NCBI GenBank assembly: GCA_964187785.1
Contig: OZ076409.1
Span: 98,954,001 to 99,018,000, forward strand
Direction of reading: 5' to 3'
DNA length: 64,000 nucleotides
DNA from: Amphiscolops sp. MND2022
Lineage: Eukaryota
Part shown: positions 27,417 through 41,020 of the stretch, in pieces
Layout: every line of letters begins with the position of its first letter
Position numbering within the stretch: the stretch's first letter is position 1
Notes under the pieces: generated by a model
Database searches by the model: none
The model's input: the letters and a program-made list of their open reading frames with translations, nothing else
What the model was told of the DNA's origin: nothing
Position numbers and translations under genes: made by a program

Positions 27417-30400
27417 AATCAGAAATCAAATGTTAGAATGCTAGGTCTGATTTTCAATGCAAAAGTTCAATGCAGATCTATAATGTTACGTAACACAAAG
27501 CCAAATGTAACGAAAGTTTCAAACTAGAAGCGACTGTTTGTCATCACTGTCTGTAATTTGTCTTATCTCCCAAGTAATGTTTCATTTTCAAGGATCTTGC
27601 AAGCTTCTTTCAAGGCATGCTAGGAAATTGATTCTTTCAAGGAAAATGGATTATCTTGCTAGCAGTTTTTTCTGAATCAGGGCTGTTTGCCTCCGCTCTT
27701 ACTATTGAAAACTGGAAGTCAATTGGTTGTTTCGACAACCCTAGTTGAGCATCTAATTAACCTCATAACTCAAAATTATAATTTCTCATCCTAATTAATT
27801 CTGTTCACAACTTTTTAGAAAAGGAGGGATCGTTTCTCAGCGACTTTTTTGTACGGCGTTTGGGGGTTGAGTGGTATATATTTACTTTTTAAAAAGCCCA
27901 ACATAGTCTATAGTGGCCTGTGGCAATCTTTACATAGCAAATTTCACTGACAAGTTTTAAGCTTCCTCCTACTTTCAAAACTAACCGTTTCTCGTCAAAG
28001 TGCCATTAAGAGTACATTAAAAGTGCCTTTAAGGAGGCGAGTAGCTAATTGAGTCAATTTAAAGCTTTGGAGTCAAGTAGAAAAAAGTAGAAAAGAATTA
28101 GTTGAAATGCTCTTCTGGTGAGTTGAAAACCAATTTTGGAACTGATTTTTTTTGTAAAACCATTCGTTTTTCTCTTTTTCTTCACAAATTTCAAAAGGAT
28201 TTAATGTACAATTTTTGTGCTTCGAAACAAATTCTCAAAGACAATTCATTAGATTCGCTGAAATTATAAGGAGTCTCAGAATAAATAGAATATCCAAAAA
28301 GTGTCATTTTGAGTCACTCAAATTTCAGAAAAAACTCAAAATTTCGACTAGAAATTCCTAAAAATTCATGATTTCCAACTTTTTTATTTTTATTGCAGAG
28401 CTTACAGATTAACATTGTGGTAGACTAGGTAAAGTTCTAACTTTTGTAGCTGACAATTACTTGTAGTTGTGGCAAGTTAAGAGATAATTAGTTTTTAATT
28501 TTGAGCAATGGAGTTGCGATATTTTAGAACACTACTGTAACTTTAACTGAATGAAAATTTGCTTTTCTTTGAATTTGTATTCCTGTCGTCTTTTTGGCAT
28601 TGCGGTATGAAATGAACTGAAATACCTACACCCCCCCCCCCCAAAAAAAAAACAGAACTAAAGACTGGTTTTACCAGCCATTTATTAATCACCGTGTACT
28701 ATGATGGGTTTTCTGAGTAAATAGATGATAATATTCCTTATGACGTAGTAAACTTCGTGATACACGCAGCTGATATTGGAAATTATCAGTCTGGAAAATA
28801 TCTTGAATATGAATCTTGAATTGGAATATGAAAATTTATTATTATTATTATTATTGTAGTTCGTATTAGCTGCAACAGAAACTCTCAACATCTTCAATAG
28901 TTTCTCAGAAAAGACTTGCATCGAACTCTTCAACTCGAGTTGCAGAAACTAAATTGCAGAAAAACTTTTGTCGTATAACAAGTTCCTTTTATAACGAGTA
29001 ATCGTGTATTTATTTAATCGTACTTCGTATATTCATAAACTGAATAAAGTTTCGTAGTATATCGTATGGAAGCGAAGACTACAAAAACCCAATCTTTGCT
29101 CTAGTCTTCGTTGTGGAGGTTTATCGTTTCCAAAATTTTGCAATCGTAAGCCCCGTGTAAACCATGTGAACTCTTCGGAGCTTTTTCACATCGAACATTA
29201 TCAGAAAGAAATTTTGAATTAATTTACATTTTAATTTTTTTTGAAATCACTAATTGTAAGGACTCGCATCATGGCTACTGTCACTGCCAATATACCATTA
29301 CACTGTTCTGTCAGCCATTGGAGTGATTTCTTGACTCCCTAGGAGCACAAATATCCTCATGATCTACATGACGTCCACACGACGTTCCTGTTACTTGTCC
29401 CGTCATGTAATCTGTCACATCCTGAGCCGCGCTCACCGCCACTCGCTTTTAGGGAAGTATTCGCTGGTTTATTCAATATTCAAAAACCTTCGGATCTGTG
29501 CGATACATTATATTATTTAATTCGTGCGTCATTCTCTGATTTATTTAACAAGTCAACATTTTTCATATTTTTTGTCTGCTACTCTGCGTTCTTTTCTGTC
29601 CGTATCAAGATTTCCGGCTTGGTTTGAATATTTCAAAATCTAACATGTCGAAAACAGTAATACACTTTAAACATTGCTCAACTGGTCTCATTCAGACTGT
29701 CCTCCCTTATCGACTGAGAAAAAGGAAAAAACATAAGCAACAAGTACTTTATTTTTTTGCAAATAAAATTCCAAAGGACAATAATTTTTCTTGCATTATG
29801 ATAGACATGATTCAACAATGGTAACTAAATGAAAGTACTAAAGCTGAGCAAACTAACAACTAGTTCAAATTGTTGACAGGAATACAAAATAGCATCAAAT
29901 GTGTTGTTGATTGAGGAACTTTTCCAGTATTCTACTTCTAAGTGGATTCTACGAAAGAGCTGAGCAGAAATGATTGTAGCTAACAGTCTACAAAAGGGGC
30001 AAAAATATGGGTGTCAGGAAGTTTTGTCATATGCAATTTCAACCACTCACACGCTGAACCCATGGTATTTTCGGCCAAGTGCAATTTCGACCAAAACGAA
30101 TGGTGACTAATTGATCCTAATTCGTTAAAGTAATGAACTCAAGTCATTTCTACATTGAAAATTTTCATTGATTTTTGTGAAACCAAATATGCTAAATTTT
30201 TCCAAATTTTGGTTTCTCCAGGATTAATTCCACATAATTACAAAAAATATATACCTTTTTGGTTCATCAAAAACTTTTGTAATGAAATAACTTAGTCGAA
30301 TTAAGAGTAATTAGGTAAATTAATTTAGGTCGAAATTGTGGAACTTTGAAAATGCAATAGGTTGAAGTTGCATGAGACGAAATGCCCCGTAACAAAACAA

Positions 30401-31016
30401 AATCATTCGAAAGTGCTCGAACAATGGATTAAATTGGCTACATCTGAGTTACATAAACAAAGAAAACACTTTTTTGATTTGTACAGTGACTATTTTAAGC
30501 AACTCATTTTTGTCCACAAGTTTTATATTTTGCACTTCGAATAGTTTTACAAGGTCTTGCAGAAATTTAACTCCAAATTTCTCAATTACTACTATTCAGA
30601 ACGTAACGATTTTCAACAATATATGGAACATTCGTTTTTGATCTGATCTGATCTTCACACAGCTGTAATCGCTTCCGAATATTGAACAAGTCGGTTCAAG
30701 GCCGGAAAGAGGAAGAGTGAAAATTTCAAACTTCCACTTAACAGCAAAATTGAGCGGAACAAAAAACACCAATCAAAACTTCCACTGTTTTTCCATGAAA
30801 CCTAAAAAAAAACATTGTTAAATTTGAGCAACTTCTCACAATTCTAAGATAGTTTTGACACAGAATTTCTGAAATACCCTTCTAGATGTAAAGTAGTGGC
30901 TTTCGAATGGGATAGATTTATTTTTAATACGGGGAGTTAGGGGGGAGGGGAGCTTGATGATGAAGAAGCGTGAACACAATACCCCCCCCCCCACCTCCGT
31001 GGTTGTTGCGACTAAA

Positions 31017-31141
31017 CTAGTTGAGGAAGGAGAGGAAAGAGCAGGAGAATATGAAAGCACAGAGGGCTGTGTACAAGATGGCCAACAACACCAACACCAG
31101 CCAATGGCGACTGTAGCGAGACAGCTCCACCAAACACATGC
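31017..31141 (-). CDS. SLC38A7: SLC38A7/A8-like transporter, coding exon 8 (last)
   Basis: ttgcag|GC acceptor, phase 1 matches exon 7; (G)MCLVELSRYSRHWLVLVLLAILYTALCAFIF..N-TAG, final TM helix. Confidence 0.8.
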
Positions 31142-31171
31142 CTGCAACACACAACACTTTTGTTATACCAA

Positions 31172-31581
31172 ACCAGAGCCGCATGTGCGGTGAAGGAGTC
31201 GACTTAGGTCTTTTTCCTTCTGACTCGCTCCAATCCCAGTCATACGAATTTATTGAAATTGCACACATAGGACCATATTATGGTGTAGAAAATGACTGTA
31301 GAAAGTTTCGTTCGAATCGTATGGACAGTTTTTGAGAAAATCGAAAAAATCGACTGTTTTTTGGCCATTTTCGGGCTAATTTTGGCTATGTTTCTCACAT
31401 TCCAGTCACACTATTTTGATGCCTTTGCGCATGCAGGAGCCACTTTGGGTGTAGAATGACTGTGCAAAATTTTATGAAAATCGTATGTACAGTTTTTGAG
31501 AAATTTGGAATTTTCATGAAAAGTCGGGAGAAAAAAAAACACGATTGCATAAACACGAAAATTTTTTCCGACTCCTAAAAA
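31172..31581 (-). mobile_element. Second HINE-like family member
   Basis: Terminal hairpin CCGCATGTGCGG next to subTIR AGGAGTCG; other end CGACTCCTaaaaa. Confidence 0.45.
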
Positions 31582-31584
31582 TGA

Positions 31585-34500
31585 ACAAGCCGGGAACGGC
31601 CCAAGTCGGCGCCATATCTTAGGCTCAAAAATAGCAAAAGGACTTCAAAGTGTCAAGTATTTTCTTTTACAGCACCCGAAAAACCACCCAAAAGTTGGAC
31701 CGAATTGGCGCGCTAAAAGGGGGAGGGACCCTTTCGCATTTTTAAACATCCAATGTTGCAAAACATCAAAAAATTGAAGGGGACCCTTTGGTGATTTTTT
31801 TTCGAGAAAAAGTCTCACAATGCCGAAAAAAATTGAAAAACTGAAAGGGGGGAGGGACCCTTTGGGAAAAATTGTTTTCAAAAAAAGTATCAAAGCCAAA
31901 AAAAACTTAAGTGTGGACCCTTTAGTCTCTCCCGGTATTGTATGTTACGCGGAAAAAGAGGAAAAACCTTTTTTTGTTCAGTTCGCTATGCCAAATGATT
32001 CAATTTGGTACCATAAAATCTTGTAGAACTTTTAGGAACTATTTTTGTCAGTTCGTGTGGATTGAAAAAAGTCACTATAATAGTCGCGTTTCACTTCATG
32101 TTTCCGGGCGGGCCTAAATAAACGTCCCCTTATGAAGAGGGTTGGCAAAAATAAAAAAAAACATTAAAAACATTCACGAAAAAAACATGTTTTAATTAAA
32201 CACATGAAAAAAAAACATTTTTTTTTTCGATTTTTCATCCTCAAGTATTTATTTTATAAATGTTTACTGATGCTTCGTGGAAGTGAAGAATATTTTCAGA
32301 TTTTTGACATGCCACGCGAGAACGACCACGTTTGGCAACAATTTACAGAAATTGATGTTGGTAGGATTACCCGAGCCCAGGCACTTCTAGACAATGGGCA
32401 TGAGCTACGGGACGCTGCGATCACGTCTTGGCGTGGACAAAGCACAAAATTTATCATTTTTTTCGAACAGATAATTCGAAATGTTTTATTTTCAAAAAAA
32501 CACATTTTTTGGGAAAAAACAATTTTCCCATCCCGGGCCATGTAGAGGGATATTTGGTGAATAGTGGTCTCGTTTCCAGTCGATTGCGCACAAGAGTCTC
32601 TGGGTAGTGAAGATGGCCGTACTGGTCAATGCAGTGAATGCCGGGGGCAAGTTCGCAGCTTGTGCCCTCTCAGGTCAGTCAGTACTCTTACACTTCTCTC
32701 GTATCTTACTCCCTGTTTTAAAATAACAAGCCGGGACCGGCCCAAGTCAGCGCCAAATCTAAGGCTCAAAAATAGCAAAAGCACTTCAAAGTGTCAAGTA
32801 TTTTCTTTTACAGCACCCGAAAAACCACCCAAAAGTTGGACCGAATTGGCGCGCTAAAAGGGGGGAGGGACCCTTTCGCATTTTTAAACATCCAATGTTG
32901 CAAAACATCAAAAAATTGAAGGGGACCCTTTGGTGATTTTTTTTCGAGAAAAAGTCTCACAATGCCGAAAAAAATTGAAAAACTGAAAGGGGGGAGGGAC
33001 CCTTTGGGAAAAATTGTTTTCAAAAAAAGTATCAAAGCCAAAAAAAACTTAAGTGTGGACCCTTTAGTCTCTCCCGGTATTGTATGTTACGCGGAAAAAG
33101 AGGAAAAACCTTTTTTTGTTCAGTTCGCTATGCCAAATGATTCAATTTGGTACCATAAAATCTTGTAGAACTTTTAGGAACTATTTTTGTCAGTTCGTGT
33201 GGATTGAAAAAAGTCACTATAATAGTCGCGTTTCACTTCATGTTTCCGGGCGGGCCTAAATAAACGTCCCCTTATGAAGAGGGTTGGCAAAAATAAAAAA
33301 AAACATTAAAAACATTCACGAAAAAAACATGTTTTAATTAAACACATGAAAAAAAAACATTTTTTTTTCGATTTTTCATCCTCAAGTATTTATTTTATAA
33401 ATGTTTACTGATGCTTCGTGGAAGTGAAGAATATTTTCAGATTTTTGACATGCCACGCGAGAACGACCAAGTTTGGCAACAATTTACAGAAATTGATGTT
33501 GGTAGGATTACCCGAGCCCAGGCACTTCTAGACAATGGGCATGAGCTACGGGACGCTGCGATCACGTCTTGGCGTGGACAAAGCACAAAATTTATCATTT
33601 TTTTCGAACAGATAATTCGAAATGTTTTATTTTCAAAAAAACACATTTTTTGGGAAAAAACAATTTTCCCATCCCGGGCCATGTAGAGGGATATTTGGTG
33701 AATAGTGGTCTCGTTTCCAGTCGATTGCGCACAAGAGTCTCTGGGTAGTGAAGATGGCCGTACTGGTCAATGCAGTGAATGCCGGGGGCAAGTTCGCAGC
33801 TTGTGCCCTCTCAGGTCAGTCAGTACTCTTACACTTCTCTCGTATCTTACTCCCTGTTTTAAAATAACAAGCCGGGACCGGCCCAAGTCAGCGCCAAATC
33901 TAAGGCTCAAAAATAGCAAAAGCACTTCAAAGTGTCAAGTATTTTCTTTTACAGCACCCGAAAAACCACCCAAAAGTTGGACCGAATTGGCGCGCTAAAA
34001 GGGGGGAGGGACCCTTTCGCATTTTTAAACATCCAATGTTGCAAAACATCAAAAAATTGAAGGGGACCCTTTGGTGATTTTTTTTCGAGAAAAAGTCTCA
34101 CAATGCCGAAAAAAATTGAAAAACTGAAAGGGGGGAGGGACCCTTTGGGAAAAATTGTTTTCAAAAAAAGTATCAAAGCCAAAAAAAACTTAAGTGTGGA
34201 CCCTTTAGTCTCTCCCGGTATTGTATGTTACGCGGAAAAAGAGGAAAAACCTTTTTTTGTTCAGTTCGCTATGCCAAATGATTCAATTTGGTACCATAAA
34301 ATCTTGTAGAACTTTTAGGAACTATTTTTGTCAGTTCGTGTGGATTGAAAAAAGTCACTATAATAGTCGCGTTTCACTTCATGTTTCCGGGCGGGCCTAA
34401 ATAAACGTCCCCTTATGAACAGGGTTGGCAAAAATAAAAAAAACATTAAAAACATTCACGAAAAAAACATGTTTTAATTAAACACATGAAAAAAAAACAT

Positions 34501-34745
34501 TTTTTTCGATTTTTCATTCTTGAGTATTCATTTTATAAAAGTTTACTGGTGCTTCGTGAAAGTGAAGAATATTTTCAGATTGTTTGTTGACATGCCACGC
34601 GAAAAAGACCAAGTTTGGCAACAATTTACAGAAATTGATGTTGGTAGGATTACCCGAGCCCAGGCACTTCTCCACAATGGGCATGAGCTACGGGACGCTG
34701 CGATCACGTCTTGGCGTGGACAAAGCACGAAAATTATCATTTTTA
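31585..34745. repeat. Tandem array of a ~1141-bp unit (~2.8 copies) in intron 7
   Basis: Units start near 31585, 32726 and 33867 (aacaagccggg...); near-identical ORF translations recur at the period. Unit = HINE + hAT-MITE-like segment + unique segment. Confidence 0.92.
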
Positions 34746-34881
34746 TTTAAACAACAACTAAATAAATAATGATTTGCAAGAAAAATGAAGAAAAAAAACA
34801 ATTTTTTGGAGAAAAACATGTTTTGTTTCTCAAAAAAGAAAAAAGTTTTTTTTTGGTAAAAACAATATTTCCCCATCCCTG
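34420..34881 (+). mobile_element. hAT-derived non-autonomous element
   Basis: CAGGGTTGG...CCATCCCTG, TSD cttatgaa/cttttgaa; contains MPREKDQVWQQF, resembling the start of a BED-finger transposase. Confidence 0.7.
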
Positions 34882-34899
34882 CTTTTGAAGTAAATGTAC

Positions 34900-35099
34900 C
34901 TGGGAAGCCGAGTATGAAGAATGCAGCGGTGGCGCCCACTTTCTCGATGACCACGTTCAGTCCGGGTATGAAGAGAGCGGCGGAGAGGGAGATCAGGAGC
35001 CACGCGGGGGTAAAGATGGAATTCTGGGGCAGTGCTGCTGCCGAGTCCACACTGCTGCTGGCTGGGCCGCCACGCCGCAACAGGTTCTCGTACGCCGAC
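34900..35099 (-). CDS. SLC38A7: SLC38A7/A8-like transporter, coding exon 7
   Basis: ttcag|G ... CCAG|gtacat; ...ALFIPGLNVVIEKVGATAAFFILGFPG; phases 2/1. Confidence 0.88.
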
Positions 35100-35163
35100 C
35101 TGAACATAACGGGGGGACGGTGGAATAAGATCTAACGCTTTGTGATTGGTGGAAACATTTGAT

Positions 35164-35544
35164 CAGGGGTCCGCAAAAATTAATGGTAGGGAAATTAATT
35201 TCCATTAATGGGTTTCCATTAATGGATTTTTCATGTCTTAAAATTCCATTAATTAATTTCAAATGATGCCGTTAATTTCCATTATTTATATTTGTACATT
35301 TTAATCAAATTTATTGTCACAGAATGACACCAGTCCACTACGAAGAGCAGCTTTTCCTCAAATTCAATGAAAAACTTTGGGACGAAAAAACTGTTGAAAG
35401 GGCGTACAATCGCCCTAATGAATAGAACTTATTTTGAAAACCATTAATTGCCATTATTAAATAATGGATTTTTATGTTTTCCATTGATGGTTGAATTCAT
35501 TTTTGAGTTTAAAATTGTAAAAATTAACTTTTTGCGGACCCCTG
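35164..35544. mobile_element. hAT-like MITE
   Basis: TIR CAGGGGTCCGCAAAAA / TTTTTGCGGACCCCTG, perfect TSD CATTTGAT; nested inside a small inverted-repeat element (ggaataagatcta / tagatcttattcc). Confidence 0.9.
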
Positions 35545-37009
35545 CATTTGATTGGTTTAGATCTTATTCCGCTTTGTAGAACATAAAACCACGCCAACCA
35601 ACCTAACTAAACAAACTAAACAGCCAGTGTCTTAATTAGACCATCTTCACTTTTCTATTTTTAGACCTAATTAGGCTTTTTACTTGCTCCATACTCGCAT
35701 AAAAAATAGTTAACTCCACATTAGAGAAGTAGAAATCGCTGTGGCGATTCAGGCTGGTATTTTGGGTGTTATTTACCGTGAATAACAGCTCTTTAGGACC
35801 ACATGACTTTTCCCCCCGCGGCCGTTTGCGTTGAAATTTTGGTCCGATAAAAAATTGATGTCGACATAATCATATCCATTACATTGACTGCCAGTTAAAA
35901 TGTGCTCATTAGATTTTATGGCGGAGAAATGTTGCTTTGAAATGGGCGCCGTTTATACGATTTTAGCTCGTTCCAGACGTGAAATGTTGCTATTTTGGAC
36001 AATAATATCAAAAATAAGGGTCACTTTTCGCTGGAAGTGTCAAAACAGCTGTAAAGACAATCCTCTAAGTATTTACATTCACATAATATTCTCTTATTAG
36101 TGAAATACAGAGGCGAAGCCGTGCTTCGCAAACACTTGCGAACTTTTGAAGAGAAACCAAATAAGCAATATCGTACAGAGCACCAAGGGTAAAAAGACAT
36201 TGTTAAAATTTCATCAATTTTACAGCGCCAAAAAATACCCAAAGGGATACGCATAAGTCTCGAAAGCCATTCTCCCCCAACTGGAAACAGCAAAAAACCC
36301 ATCATTCTCAACCGAAAACCTTTCAAAAATTAGAAAACTGAGGAAAATTTTTTTTCTAAATTTTTCGAAAAAAATTTTGGTCTCCGGTAAGTCGCATAGT
36401 GCCGAAAACCTTGAGTCCTTAACGCTCGCAAAACGCTTCGTTTCTTGTAAAAATTGAGGAGGGGCTTCGGTGAAAACAAATTTTAAAAAATTCGCATAGA
36501 TTAAACACCGCATAGAAATCGGACATAGCGTGCTGGGCCTGAGAAAACCAACCTAATTTTAAGACGAAAATAATTGATTTTGGAAAAACTCACAATGCCG
36601 ATGTTATATTCGGTTCATTCCGGTTCCTTGACCTCTACCGAGTTTTAGTGTATAAACTGTCTACGCACCAGGAGTTGTTTACAAACAAATTTTGAAAAAA
36701 TACTCTAAATTAGAATCTTTCACTTAAACTTTGTTATAGAGCACACTACAGTTGAGAAAACTAGATATCTTTTTAACATTATTCCTTTCTCTTAGTACTT
36801 CGTTTAGCAGAATAGAGTATGGCGCAGTCACCCAATTTCAGGGTTCGGAAAAAACAAGATTCTGTAAAAATTGTTTTAAACGTTTTAAACATAAAAATTG
36901 CTTGTCAAAAACTCGAAATCTCAATTTTAATTCAGAAACACAAAAATCTGAAACATCTAAAAACTAAACCTCTCAACTGAAAATCACTACAAAAGTCTGA
37001 AACAAAATC

Positions 37010-37706
37010 TCAGCGTTCTGGGACACAGCCGAATCACCACCTAAAACAGAGTGGAAAAAGTGGTGGGAAATATTCGTCGTAGCACTCAATGCGAAACACT
37101 CAATATCGGTACACGAATTATTGAGAGCACCCACCGAAAACAATCCAAGACAAGCCGCACTAATCAACAACATGAATGAACAGGCTGCCGACGAACGAAA
37201 AGTGGTAAGTATTCTATTCTATCCTTGGGATCGGCAGGACGAAAAAACTTGACAGATCGACATCCATACATAGTCATCTCAACAGCGACACTTACAGAAA
37301 TGAGAGAAAATTGCGAGCAAACATTCAGAAAACAGCGGAACCGCACTTTAGAGAGATACAAGTTTTTCTCCAGAAAACAACAAAATAATGAAACATTACG
37401 ACAGTTCTGGAATGCACTGACAGGGTTAGCAGCACGATGTGATTTCGACAATCAAACAGAGAGCCTGATCATGGATGCTTTTATCCAAAGCGTGCACAAC
37501 AAAACCGTGCAAGAACGGCTATGTATTGAGCCGGAGGAAAATCCACAAGAGGCACTACGATTCGCAGTAGCCTTGGAAGAAGGAATCAGTCATCAAAAGA
37601 GCTAATGACATAATGAAAGAACCAATCTTCGCAATTGACAACAAAGGAAAAAACCCGTGCACAAGATGCGGGATGGAATTTGTACAGAACCACCTAACAT
37701 TCTGCA
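37010..37706 (+). pseudogene. Ty3/Gypsy gag fragment, frameshifted
   Basis: WKKWWEIFVVAL..., frameshift near 37218, ERYKFFSRKQQNNETLRQFWNALTGLAARCDF, remnant CTRCG...H...C knuckle at ~37658-37705; PBS-like TGGCGCAGTC at ~36820. Confidence 0.7.
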
Positions 37707-38139
37707 AATTGCTTGTCAAAAACATGTCGAAAACTCGAAATCCCAATTTGAATTCATAAACACAAAAATCTAAAACGTATCTAAAATCTAAACCTCTAAA
37801 CTGAAAATCACTACAAAAGTCAGAAACAAAATGCCGATTTGTTGGCTTTTTCTATTGAGAGGCGGTTGCGTGTTTCATCAAGGGACAATGTTTGCATTTG
37901 GCTCTTTTACCATCTTGTGATCGTTCAAATTCGAAGCAAATTGCATCTCGTTTTCTTCCAGTAATAACAATTGGAGATGCCGCCATTCGTATGTGAAAAA
38001 GACAAACGGTAAATTTCAGCTATGTTTAAAACGTGTTTAAAACGACTTCTGTTTTAAACGTGCGAACCCTGCCCAATTTTGAATAGATTCTTTTTTTTCA
38101 AATAACAAGACAAACAACCAGTGGGGGTGTGGCGCCTAC

Positions 38140-38346
38140 CTGGCGACGTAGTGCATGATGGGGTAGGAGAGGAGCACAGAGCAGAGGAGCATGAGTCTGC
38201 CGGCAGTGACGAGTGAGTCATCGCGGTCGTAGCCCATGAGCACGTCGGGGTAGGTGGAGCTGCCGAACGAGAGGAAGCCGAACACACCCACCACCGCGTA
38301 GATGCATGACACCAGCAACAGACACGCCACGATCACACCCACCCAT
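38140..38346 (-). CDS. SLC38A7: SLC38A7/A8-like transporter, coding exon 6
   Basis: gacag|A ... GCCAG|gtaggc; WVGVIVACLLLVSCIYAVVGVFGFLSFG..DVLMGY..SYPIMHYVAR; phases 2/2. Confidence 0.9.
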
Positions 38347-38838
38347 CTGTCAAATCACACCCACAATCACATTACCAAAATACTTAATATACACCAGGGT
38401 TTTGACATCGCTAATTTCTTCCGCTAATCGCTAAACCGCTAATTTGAAAATCGCTATTTCGCTGAAAAGCTTTTTCTGCAAACTATTAAATGTTTAGCTT
38501 CAACTATGTTTCAAATTAACTTATTCGCTTTTGGGAAGAAAACAGACTAGAATTTTTTATACTGTGCGTGTTTAACCAGGGTTAAGAGTTGGAATTTTTC
38601 CGAAATTCATTTTGAAACACCGTCTATACACAGAAGAAATTTTGAATTTGGAGAGTCTGTTAGTTACCGCTAATTTGCATCGCTAATGAAATCGCTGAAA
38701 AATTTCTGCGCGGCCGCTATTTCGCCAAATCGCTCATTAGCGGTGTCAAAACTCTCGACATCACTCAACCGCACATCAACTCCGGTCCGGTATCCGGTCG
38801 GATTCCACAAAAAAATTCCGGTCGGATTCCAGAAAATG

Positions 38839-41020
38839 TCCGGTCCGGTATCCAGACCAGACCCACAATCAGACTCACATTATATATCCTATATATTATA
38901 CAGTGTTGTGCACTTCTATTTTTAAAAAGGACTTTTTCAAAGAAAAAAGAACTTTTTCAAAGAAAAATGTTTTTTGTTTATAAAGGATCATTTAAATTAT
39001 TTCAACACAAATCAAAACAGTATTTCAGATCAAAATTGCAATCCTCAAAGAGCTTACGTTTCTCGTGAAAAGACGCGTCTATCGTTCTTCACGCATAAAT
39101 CGGTTGAACAATTTCGAATGGATGTATTGAATGGTTATATGCACATCAAAACACTCACAGTCACATTACCCTATATACTTAATATACAGTGATGTGAAAA
39201 AAGAATGCGAGTTAGCTGCTCAAAAAGGCTAATTTTGCAGTCTCATATCTCCAAAAATTATTCGAAATGGCTCCATTTGGTATAAACAAAAGTTTTTTGT
39301 ATTTTTGCTATGAATACAATGGTTTTTGTTTGAAATTTCAACCATCATTGTTTCCGAAGTTAGAAAGATGTGATTTTGGGAGGAAAATATTCAAAATTGC
39401 TAATTTTTGAGAAAATATCAGTGATCCAATAAATATTTTTTAAAAAATTTGGCCTGGCAGATACACTCAAATCTCTCGAAAACAATGAAATTTGATTTTG
39501 GATATATTTGGAAAATTGGAGTTTTACCAAGAGTAAGTTTGAAAGGCCTATCTTAATACATGTACTTCCAATTTTACTAAACGAAAAAGTGCTCCCACTT
39601 TTGTTTTCTTGGTGATTTCCACAAACTAAAACTATCATGCATTGAGAAAAATCAGAGAAACTTTTTGGTATAATGTTCATGTAAAAATTATCGCCGAAAG
39701 ACGGTAAAATATTGAAATGCTGATTTTTGCGAGCGATTGAGGCTCGTTAAACCAATGAGATTTGAGCAGCGAGGCTTCGTGAACCAATCAGATTAGAGAA
39801 TTCTTTGCATTCTGAGTAACTAAGTCGCATTCTTTCTTCACACCACTGTACATTAGGGGTGTACAAGACATCAAGTCCGGTCCGGTATCCGGCCGCATTC
39901 CGGAAAAATGTCCGGTCCGGTATCCAGACCAGACCCACAATCAGACTCACATTATATATCCTATATATTATACAGTGTTGTGCACTTCTATTTTTAAAAA
40001 GGACTTTTTCAAAGAAAAAAGGACTTTTTCAAAGAAAAATGTTTTTTGTTTATAAAGGATCATTTAAATTATTTCAACACAAATCAAAACAGTATTTCAG
40101 ATCAAAATTGCAATCCTCAAAGAGCTTACGTTTCTCGTGAAAAGTCGCGTCTGTCGTTCTTCACGCATAAATCGGTTGAACGATTTCGAATGGATGTATT
40201 GAATGGTTATATGCACATCAAAACACTCACAGTCACATTACCCTATATACTTATTATACAGTGAAGTGAAGAAAGAATGCGAGTTAGCTGCTCAAAAGGC
40301 TAATTTTGCAGTCTCATATCTCCAAAAACTATTCGAAATGGTTCAATTTGGTATAAACAAAAGTTTCTTGTATTTTTGCTATGAATACAATGGTTTTTGT
40401 TTGAAATTTCAACCATCATTGTTTCCGAAGTTAGAAAGATGTGATTTTGGGAGGAAAATATTCAAAATTGCTAATTTTTGAGAAAATATCAGTGATCCAA
40501 TAAATATTTTTTAAAAAATTTGGCCTGGCAGATACACTCAAATCTCTCGAAAACAATGAAATTTGATTTTGGATATATTTGGAAAATTGGAGTTTTACCA
40601 AGAGTAAGTTTGAAAGGCCTATCTTAATACATGTACTTCCAATTTTACTAAACGAAAAAGTGCTCCCACTTTTGTTTTCTTGGTGATTTCCACAAACTAA
40701 AACTATCATGCATTGAGAAAAATCAGAGAAACTTTTTGGTATAATGTTCATGTAAAAATTATCGCCGAAAGACGGTAAAAAATTGAAATGCTGATTTTTG
40801 CGAGCGATTGAGGCTCGTTAAACCAATGAGATTTGAGCAGCGAGGCTTCGTGAACCAATCAGATTAGAGAATTCTTTGCATTCTGAGTAACTAAGTCGCA
40901 TTCTTTCTTCACACCACTGTACATTAGGGGTGTACAAGACATCAAGTCCGGTCCGGTATCCGGCCGCATTCCGGAAAAATGTCCGGTCCGGTATCCAGAC
41001 CAGACCCACAATCACACTCA
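38839..41020. repeat. Tandem duplication of a ~1071-bp unit in intron 5
   Basis: tccggtccggtatccagaccagacccacaatc recurs at 38839, 39911 and 40982; the two units are near identical. Confidence 0.9.
39187..39848. mobile_element. Tc1/mariner-type MITE (duplicate at 40259-40919)
   Basis: TIR CAGTGATGTGAAAAAAGAATGCGAGTTAG / CTAAGTCGCATTCTTTCTTCACACCACTG, TA flanks. Confidence 0.8.

Larger units (their letters stand above)
23506..27563 (-). mobile_element. Full-length non-LTR retrotransposon (CR1/L2/Crack group)
   Basis: ORF1 plus APE-RT ORF2, both open; (TTA)n 3' tail at ~23506-23520; candidate TSD TATCT at 23501-23505 and 27564-27568. Confidence 0.88.

Noticed and set aside
31645..34309. Repeated 68-113 aa ORFs as a gene family (also 38974-41021)
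   Set aside because: By-products of tandem duplication of non-coding TE sequence; no protein signatures apart from a short transposase-like start.
36602..36750. Solo or 5' LTR (TGTTA...TACA); similar candidate at ~29255
   Set aside because: No second copy or convincing TSD, and the PBS-like motif is ~70 bp from the CA end; boundaries unsupported.
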